In this document: positions 18,460 to 26,992 of the stretch, piece by piece
Layout of the letters: every line of letters starts with the position of its first letter
How positions within the stretch are numbered: position 1 is the first letter of the stretch
Assembly: GCF_006345805.1 (NCBI RefSeq)
Contig: NW_021834030.1
Span: 1-26,992, forward strand
Origin: Octopus sinensis
Taxonomy: Eukaryota
Length of the DNA: 26,992 nt
Reading direction: 5' to 3'
Made by a program: the position numbers and the translations under genes
Notes under the pieces: generated by a model
Seen by the model: only the letters and a program-made list of their open reading frames with translations
Told to the model about the DNA's origin: nothing
The model's database searches: none

Positions 18460-20330
18460 TATGTATGTATATAACTATTATGTATGTATGAATGTATGCA
18501 TGCTTGTATGTATGTATATAACTATTATGTATGTATGAATGTATGCATGCTTGTATGTATGTATATAACTATTATGTATGTATGAATGTATGCATGCTTG
18601 TATGTATGAATATAACTATTATGTATGTATGAATGTATGCATGCTTGTATGTATGTATATAACTATTATGTATGTATGAATGATGCATGCTTGTATGTAT
18701 GTATATAACTATTATGTATGTATGAATTGTATGCATGCTTGTATGTATGTATATACTATTATGTATGTTGAATGTATGCATGCTTGTATGTATGTATATA
18801 ACTATTATGTATGTATGAATGTATGCATGCTTGTATGTATGAATATAACTATTATGTATGTATGAATGTATGCATGCTTGTATGTATGTATATAACTATT
18901 ATGTATGTATGAATGTATGCATGCTTGTATGTATGTATATAACTATTATGTATGATGAAGTATGCATGCTTGTATGTATGAATATAACTATTATGTATGT
19001 ATGATGTATCATGCTTGTATGTATGTATATATACATTATGTATGTATGAATGTATGCATGCTTGTATGCATGTATATAACTATTATGTATGTATGAATGT
19101 ATGCATGCTTGTATGTATATATAACTATTATGTATGTATGAATGTATGCATGCTGTGTATGCATGTATATAACTATTATGTATGTTATGAATGTATCCAT
19201 GCTTGTATGTATGTATATAACTATTATGTATGTATGAATGTATGCATGCTTGTATGCATGTATATAACTATTATGTATGTATGAATGTATGCATGCTTGT
19301 ATGTATGTATATAACTATTATGTATGTATGAATGTATGCATGCTTGTATGTATGTATATAACTATTATGTATGTATGAATGTATGCATGCTTGTATGTAT
19401 GTATATAACTATTATGTATGTATGAATGTATGCATGCTTGTATGCATGTATATAACTATTATGTATGTATGAATGTATGCATGCTTGTATGTATGTATAT
19501 AACTATTATGTATGTATGAATGTATGCATGCTTGTATGCATGTATATAACTATTATGTATGTATGAATGTATGCATGCTTGTATGTATGTATATAACTAT
19601 TATGTATGTATGAATGTATGCATGCTTGTATGTATGTATATAACTATTATGTATGTATGAATGTATGCATGCTTGTATGTATGTATATAACTATTATGTA
19701 TGTATGAATGTATGCATGCTTGTATGTATGTATATAACTATTATGTATGTATGAATGTATGCATGCTTGTATGCATGTATATAACTATTATGTATGTATG
19801 AATGTATGCATGATTGTATGTATGTATATAACTATTATGTATGTATGAATGTATGCATGCTTGTATGTATGTATATAACTATTATATATGTATGAATGTA
19901 TGCATGCTTGTATGTATGTATATAACTATTATGTATGTATGAATGTATGCATGCTTGTATGTATGTATATAACTATTATGTATGTATGAATGTATGCATG
20001 CTTGTATGCATGTATTAACTATTATGTATGTATGAATGTAATGCATGCTTGTATGTATGTATATAACTATATTATGTATGAATGTATCATGCTTGTATGT
20101 ATGTATATAACTATTATGTATGTATGAATGTATGCATGCTTGTATGTATGAATATAACTATTATGTATGTATGAATGTATGCATGCTTGTATGCATGTAT
20201 ATAACTATTATTTATGTATGAATGTATGCATGCTTGTATGTATGTATATAACTATTATGTATGTATGTATGTATGTATGTATGTATGTATGTATGTATGT
20301 ATGTATGTATGTATGCATGCTTGTATGTAT
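18460..20330. repeat. 47-bp minisatellite, about 38-39 units
   Basis: Unit TATATAACTATTATGTATGTATGAATGTATGCATGCTTGTATGTATG; period 47 confirmed at 19361, 19408 and 19455. Confidence 0.95.
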
Positions 20331-20334
20331 GTAC

Positions 20335-20769
20335 ACCGTCACTTCTCTATTTATTATTATTTCTCCTAAAAACAGAGAGCCACTGCTCTGCAACAAAGTA
20401 AACGAAAGCTTTGTCGCCGGTATTTGATAACATCAATAATCCCTATTACATATCGAATTCTAAGAAAGTGTTGCATATTTTTACTATACCACTTGCAAAT
20501 CGTATCTATAAAATTCGTACAAGCCAGTCTCTTCCTTTGCTTAAAAAAATACTAGCTTCTCCAGATTGTCGCTTAGATATTTATCAATATAACCAACAGC
20601 ACAACTGATTATTGGTATGACTATGAATTCGTAATCAGAATAGAGGAGCAGACGTTGTCGAAGCAGTTGTCCATAAATATTCTCCTTCTCACTCGTAATG
20701 GAAGAGATGTTCACATCTGCAGAGCAGCTGACCTCCATGATTGCACTCGACATTTCTATTGTCCCAAAT
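20335..20769 (-). mobile_element. Second (TATG)n-flanked RLE-type retrotransposon remnant
   Basis: IWD, then IMEVSCSADVNISSITSEKENIYGQLLRQRLLLYSDYEFIVIPII..LEKL, then SGIVKICNTFLEF after frameshifts. Confidence 0.7.
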
Positions 20770-20955
20770 GTATTTATACATGAACATGTAAGTATATATG
20801 TTTATGTATGTATATTTGTATGTATATTTGTACGTATGCATGTATACTCTCTCACACACACGCGCATATATATGTTTACATATAGAAATATGTTTTTGCG
20901 TGAGTGTGAGTGTGTGTATATGTGTATATATATGTATCTATGTATGTGTGCGTGT

Positions 20956-21004
<49 letters not shown>

Positions 21005-21009
21005 GAATA

Positions 21010-21235
<226 letters not shown>

Positions 21236-21546
21236 AAGACTGAGAGAGAGGGTGAGATGGAGGGAGAGAGAGAGCGATGCGTTGGAATTGAGATAAATAT
21301 ACGTGCAATTGGAAAGATAGTTGTTAAAAGATTTAGCTGTCAATCGTTAAATTGATCTTCCCTGCTGAGGTCTGATACGGCAGAAACTTGCCAGGAGTTG
21401 TGTCACCATTACTAACGAGCAGATTGACTTACACCAATACATTCCATTCGTAATTAGTTTTAATTAACCAAAGTTTCGATTTTGACGAAGTTTAGTTACT
21501 TGCAAAATGAATATTCTTGTGTTTCTAAACGTGTTATATTAAATAG

Positions 21547-21854
21547 TGGTGGCGCAATGGCCGAGTGGTTAGAGCAGCGGACTCGCGGTCGTAGGAGCGC
21601 GCTTTCGATTCCTAGACCGGACGTTGTGAGTGTATATTTAGCGAAAACACGTAAAGCTCCACGAGGCCCCTGCAGGGGGTCGTGGCGAACCCTGCTGTGC
21701 TCTTTCACCACAACTTTCTCTCACTCTTTCTTCCTGTTTCTGTTGTACCTGTATTTCAAAGGGCCAGCCTTGTCGCACTCTGTGTTATGCTGAATCTCTC
21801 CACGCGTCTGTGGAGTTCTCAGCCACTTGCACGTTAATTTCGCGAGAGGGCTGT
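21547..21854 (+). mobile_element. SINE family B, internally deleted and 3'-truncated
   Basis: Reverse complement of most of 2900-3220. Confidence 0.8.
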
Positions 21855-21857
21855 GAA

Positions 21858-21987
21858 CCAAATTCACTAACAAGGCTTTGGTCGGCCCGAGGCTATAGTA
21901 GAAGACACTTGCCCAAGGTGCCACGCAGTGGGACTGAACCCGGAACGATGTGGATGGTAAGCAAGCTACTTACCACACAGCCACTCA
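21858..21987 (-). mobile_element. SINE family D head
   Basis: Matches 16999-17096 in reverse and 26820-26930. Confidence 0.8.
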
Positions 21988-21989
21988 CT

Positions 21990-22309
21990 AATAATCGTTT
22001 CTACTATAGACACAAGTATTGAAATTTGGGGGTGGTGAGGGGACTGGTCGATAACATCGACCTCAGTCTTTCACTGGTACTCAATTTATTGGCCCCGAAA
22101 GGATGAAAGGTAAAGTGGACCTCGGCGATAGACAAAGGGGACAAACAAGAACAGACACACGGATTAAGTCGATTAGATCGACCCAGCCTTTCACTGGTAC
22201 TCAGTTTATCGGCCCCGAAAGGATGAAAGGTAAGGTGGACCTCGGCGACAGACGAAATACCGCTAAGCATTTTGTCCGGCGTGCTAACGAATTTGTCAGC
22301 TCGCTGCTT
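21990..22309 (-). mobile_element. Family A copy with partial tail-X insert and 66-bp host duplication
   Basis: 22068-22133 and 22188-22253 match 62/66 and share private variants. Confidence 0.8.
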
Positions 22310-22452
22310 CAAAGAATTTCTTGGTTTACTGCATTAAGTATGCAATTCGCCTTCTTTACGATTTCTAGAAAGATGGTTCTGAAGACAAACAAACGAATGA
22401 ATAAATTGATTGATGCGATCGGAAGAAATACTGGTACGTAGTCGAATATATT

Positions 22453-22596
22453 AGTAGATAGGTAGGTAGGTAGATAAATAGATAGATACATAGATAGATA
22501 GACAGACAGACAGATAAATAGATAGATAGACAGACAGACCGACACAGATAGATAGATAGATAGATAGATAGATAGTTAGTTAGATAGATAGATAGT

Positions 22597-22644
<48 letters not shown>

Positions 22645-22656
22645 CAGATAGACAGA

Positions 22657-22688
<32 letters not shown>

Positions 22689-22733
22689 TAGACAGATAGA
22701 CAGATAAATAGATAGATAGATAGACAGACAGAC

Positions 22734-22818
<85 letters not shown>
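22453..22818. repeat. (GATA)n/(GACA)n microsatellite
   Basis: Read directly. Confidence 0.95.
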
Positions 22819-22819
<1 letters not shown>

Positions 22820-23040
22820 GCATTGCATCTGATACAGAGATAGGTTGATAGATAGCAGAAAAGAATGTCAGGAAGCTGACAAAGTTATAACGATGGAAAA
22901 TAAAAGAAAAATAGAACAAAAAAATCATGAGTCATATAATGCAAATTTTTTAGACAGTTTTTCTTGGAGCAAAAACATAAAACCATGTGAAGATCGTCAT
23001 ATATTCTAATGTTTTATTTATAAACAAAAACGGAGCCGTT

Positions 23041-23055
23041 TTATTATTATTGTTG

Positions 23056-23114
<59 letters not shown>

Positions 23115-23150
23115 TAATTTTTTTTTTTTTTTTTATTATTATCATCATTC
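23041..23150. repeat. (TTA)n microsatellite with poly-T
   Basis: Read directly. Confidence 0.9.
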
Positions 23151-23503
23151 ATTATTCATGGTTCGGTTTTCGATGCAGACATACGTATGACATACAGATG
23201 CCATACATGCATACATCGTATCCTTTATATGCATGCACACACACGCACACACACACATAGACACACACATACATACATATATATGTGTGTGTGTATGTGC
23301 GTATGTATGTGTGCATGCATGTATGTATGTATGTATCTATCTATCTTAAAGGTAGCGTGTTTGGCATTTGATATTGGTTTTATAGAAGGCGATTTTTCTT
23401 GTTTTAAGACAATAAGACATGCAGTTTTGGCTGGTTATTTGTAACTTTTGTAGGACTAAAATGAAAGATTTGCTTCCCACTTTATGAACATTAAGGACTG
23501 CGT

Positions 23504-24412
23504 ATTATTAATAATTGAGACGCAATTATTTATAATTGAAGAGTCCTACGCTAAGGAGGAAAATAGTTAGGTAAGACATAGTTATTTAATTTTTATGCTC
23601 TGCAATGACTTAATTCCGAAACGTGCGTCCGTAGGTAACTTAATATAGAATGATTTTCGTCATTTCTTTCTCTTTTGCTTGCGTCGTTTGTCTTTTAAGT
23701 GCTTTGGTTTTACTGGGATCTCCCTTTTAAGTAGAAAGAATAGCCAAAACTTTTTGACTGCTATTTCTAAATTCGGTGTGTGGGAGGCAAATCGTTGCTG
23801 AACCCTTAATTACTTAGTATTACTTACTAAACTTCTTGAATGGGTCTTTTACATGCGAACTCTACTTGGTGAAATTAATGATTATTTCTAAATAATTAAT
23901 TGCACCCTTTATTATTGATAATTGTATTTCTTCCCAGTAAAAAACTGTAGCATCTTATTTTGGCAACACGCTGGCGGAAGGGGGAAGGTGACTTACTTTC
24001 ATTCACCCTTTGAAATTGGCTGTACTGGCAAGAATTACGCTCGCTCTGATACCATGAGTTGAGGTGATGTCTTCTAGTGCCTTCAAATTTAATACACAAT
24101 TATTAATACTTGAGACGCAGTTATTTATAATTGAAGAATCCTACGCTGAGGAGGAAAATAGTCAGGTAAGACATAGTTATTTAATTTTTATGCTCTGCAA
24201 TGACTTAATTCCGAAACGTGCGTCCGTAGGTAACGTAATATAGAATGATTTTCGTCAGTTCTTTCTCTTTTGCCTGCGTCGTTTGTCTTTTAAGTGCTTT
24301 GGTTTTACTGGGATCTCCCTTTTAAGTAGAAAGAATAGCCAAAACTTTTTGACTGCTATTTCTAAATTCGGTGTGTGGTGAGGCAAATCGTTGCTGAACC
24401 CTTAATTACTTA
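23504..24412 (-). repeat. ~313-bp direct repeats (23504-23816, 24099-24412) with a 282-bp spacer; possible TRIM-like LTR element
   Basis: The repeat is read directly. The minus strand has CA|TGGTATCAGAGC (PBS-like) at 24054-24043. The LTR interpretation is inferred. Confidence 0.6.
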
Positions 24413-24448
24413 TATATATATATATATAGCGGCGTACTACACTTTTTC

Positions 24449-24532
<84 letters not shown>

Positions 24533-24677
24533 ATATATATCTTAATATAATATGTGACAATTATTCGCTTGGCATAATTAGACTAATTGTCACATATTAT
24601 ATTTACAGATATTCCTCTATTTACATAATATCGAGGTTTCATTCATTCTTTTGTTGTCTTACCATTACTATTAATAC

Positions 24678-24733
<56 letters not shown>

Positions 24734-24740
24734 TATATAT
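24412..24740. repeat. (TA)n runs enclosing a 20-bp perfect inverted repeat (24544-24563 and 24584-24603)
   Basis: AATATAATATGTGACAATTA and TAATTGTCACATATTATATT. Confidence 0.85.
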
Positions 24741-24958
24741 TATGAACTTTTTATTTATTATTTTGTACATTAATTAATCATTGGTATATGTTTTTATCTT
24801 ATATTTAATTTTTTTCTATATGGTATAATTTAATTATTTCATTGTTGAATTGATAAAAGGTGTTTTTTCCTAATTTATTTACCTATATTATATTTTGTGA
24901 AAATAGATTTTGTATTTCTATATTGAATTTTTCCCTGTAAGTTTGGAATAATATTCCC

Positions 24959-25003
<45 letters not shown>

Positions 25004-25007
<4 letters not shown>

Positions 25008-25240
25008 TAGTTTTATTTTTATAGCGTGCTTTCACTTCACTACCGAGCGCAGCTCTGTGTGCCTTGGGTATGTGCTGTGATTTGTTGTGATGCTCTGATG
25101 GTTATAGTATGGAAAGTGTTCTGCGTAGGATGTGTGCAGTGTCTAGTAGTGCAATTTTCTGTATGTTATATGTGTTTGTAAGTCCTGGTGTTTTTGTTAT
25201 GTATTTGTCTGAATATTTTTTTATCATGCCTAATGCACCT
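25004..25240 (-). mobile_element. Second copy of the Dong-like RLE 3' end, flanked by (TAA)n
   Basis: Near-identical to 9382-9620; encodes GALGMIKKYSDK..LLDTAHILRRTLS. Confidence 0.85.
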
Positions 25241-25260
25241 AATAAAAAATATTCAGACAA

Positions 25261-25291
<31 letters not shown>

Positions 25292-25318
25292 TATTATTAT
25301 TATTATTATTATTATTAT

Positions 25319-25698
25319 GTTTTTTCCTTCTTTCTTCAAATTTTCTTCCGTTTTAGGCCGAGTGTTTCCCATACACCTAGGGCAGAGAAGCTCATTGTAT
25401 GCATTCCCAGATTACACACGCAAATTCACAGATAAAATATGTATTTAAAAATGAATAAATAAATAAATTCATGGATGGATGTTGTTTTCACAGCGATAAT
25501 GCTCTTCTCAGTACATGAGCCGTTCCAGTTACTACGATATTTTGCACTTCCTGTAGGGACGGTTGCCTGGAATCATTTTCAAATAGGTTTCAGTCCCTTT
25601 TTTATCATTCCTAGAGATCCTACAATCACTGGTACTGTAGTCGCCTTGAGATGCCACATTTTTTAAATTTCTATTAGCAGGTCTTTATATTTACTAAT
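25319..25698 (-). mobile_element. Different RLE-type (R4/Dong-like) family 3' end, flanked by (TAA)n
   Basis: 25698 to 25488: ISKYKDLLIEI*KMWHLKATTVPVIVGSLGMIKK, then VTGTAHVLRRALSL*, then a 3' UTR and TAA tail. Confidence 0.8.
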
Positions 25699-25721
25699 TA
25701 TTATTATTATTATTATTATTA

Positions 25722-25759
<38 letters not shown>

Positions 25760-25788
25760 TATTACTATTATTATTATTATTATTATTA

Positions 25789-25819
<31 letters not shown>

Positions 25820-25850
25820 ATTATTATTATTATTATTATTATTATATATC
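25699..25850. repeat. (TTA)n microsatellite
   Basis: Read directly. Confidence 0.95.
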
Positions 25851-26312
25851 ATATATATATATGTAAGAAGACTCAGGATATCCAGGCGAATAACTCGGAC
25901 AACATTTGATACCAAATCGCGGATAAGTTGTAATAATGAGAAAAAATAGTCAAGCAGTTAATACAACATGCTTTATAGAAACTGAAAATCCAGGAAAAAA
26001 CACCGAACACAAGAACAGTTCTTAATCGCAGAGTACGAAATGAAACAGTATAAGAAATAAAGATGGTGGTATAGTATTTATTATTGCTTTGCGAATAACC
26101 GTTTTGAGATGACATATTTTCTTTTAATATTGCAAGGACTTGAATAATCTTTACATATCTTCTTTATTTTTCGTGTATGTGACCCAGCATGTCAATTAAT
26201 GTTTCAATTCCAAAGGATATGGAAGCTACCGTGACTAATTAATGTATGTGATAACGTCATAATAATTTGTTCTATATCGTGACTAATTAATATGTGATAA
26301 CGCCATATTAAT

Positions 26313-26336
26313 TCTATCTATCTATCTATCTATCTA

Positions 26337-26382
<46 letters not shown>

Positions 26383-26400
26383 CTCTCTATATATATATAT
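26313..26400. repeat. (CTAT)n/(TA)n microsatellite
   Basis: Read directly. Confidence 0.9.
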
Positions 26401-26493
26401 TACATGTGTATGGTGTCTGTGTGCACATATTATGTGTGTGTATATATATTATATATATATATTACATGTGTATGTGTCTGTGGGGCATATATT

Positions 26494-26546
<53 letters not shown>

Positions 26547-26550
26547 ATCT

Positions 26551-26930
26551 TCTTTCTATGCGGCCATACTGGAACCCTGCCTTGAAGTGCTTTTTTTGTT
26601 GGACAAATCAACTCCAAACATTTATTTAAAGTTTGGTACCTATCATAAGTCTGCAACTATTTTTGCCGGACCGCTAAGATGCGGAACATTAACAAACCAA
26701 CACCGGTTTTCAAGCGTTAGAGGACACACATAAACACAAAAAAATATAAATAAACACACACACACACACACACACACACAACACACACACAAGACGGGCT
26801 TCTCTCAGTTTCCATCTACTAAATTCACTCACAAGGCTTTGATAGGCCCAAGGCTAGAGTAGAAAACAGCTGCCCCAGGTGTCTCGCTGGAGGACTGAAC
26901 TTGGAACCATGTGGTTGAGAAGCAAGGTCT
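26551..26930 (-). mobile_element. Nearly full-length degenerate SINE family D with internal (CA)n
   Basis: Head at 26820-26930, microsatellite, and tail matching 2485-2756. Confidence 0.7.
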
Positions 26931-26955
26931 ACTATTTAATACATATTACTTTCTC

Positions 26956-26992
26956 AAGGCGAAATGCTTAGCGGTATTTCGTCTGCGCTACT
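26956..26992 (+). mobile_element. Family A internal fragment at the window edge
   Basis: GGCGAAATGCTTAGCGGTATTTCGTCTG. Confidence 0.45.

Noticed and set aside
18460-20330. CRISPR-like periodic array
   Set aside because: There are no unique spacers, the units are contiguous and microsatellite-derived, the context is eukaryotic, and no cas genes are present.
24121-24165. 45-nt in-frame exon LFIIEESYAEEENSQ with CAG acceptor and GTAAG donor
   Set aside because: The polypyrimidine tract is poor, it lies inside the duplicated LTR-like unit, and the other copy has a broken acceptor and a stop.
25873-26115. 80-aa minus-strand ORF
   Set aside because: No recognisable domain or splice support.
26230-26313. 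Short ~48-bp-period tandem duplication (CGTGACTAATTAAT..GATAACG)
   Set aside because: An ordinary local duplication with nothing suggesting function.

Overview
A 27-kb AT-rich eukaryotic window with no complete gene, rRNA, true tRNA or CRISPR array. It is almost entirely microsatellites and transposon debris. The repeat landscape looks cephalopod, most likely Octopus; this is recalled from memory and not database-checked. It holds five tRNA-headed SINE families, labelled A-E here. It also holds six minus-strand 3' remnants of RLE-type (R4/Dong/NeSL-like) non-LTR retrotransposons, one RTE remnant, an internally deleted Tc1/mariner element, a possible mariner MITE and a 1.9-kb 47-bp minisatellite. 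Nearly all supplied ORFs are microsatellite or repeat artefacts. Three observations stand out. (1) Family E couples a Pol III tRNA-like head to a minimal Type I hammerhead ribozyme and inserts with Penelope-like inverted ends. (2) A young ~105-bp family-A tail module sits inside older family-A copies at a fixed GTATTT junction, flanked by a long duplication of the host copy. (3) A TRIM-like direct-repeat element carries a tRNA-iMet-type primer binding site.
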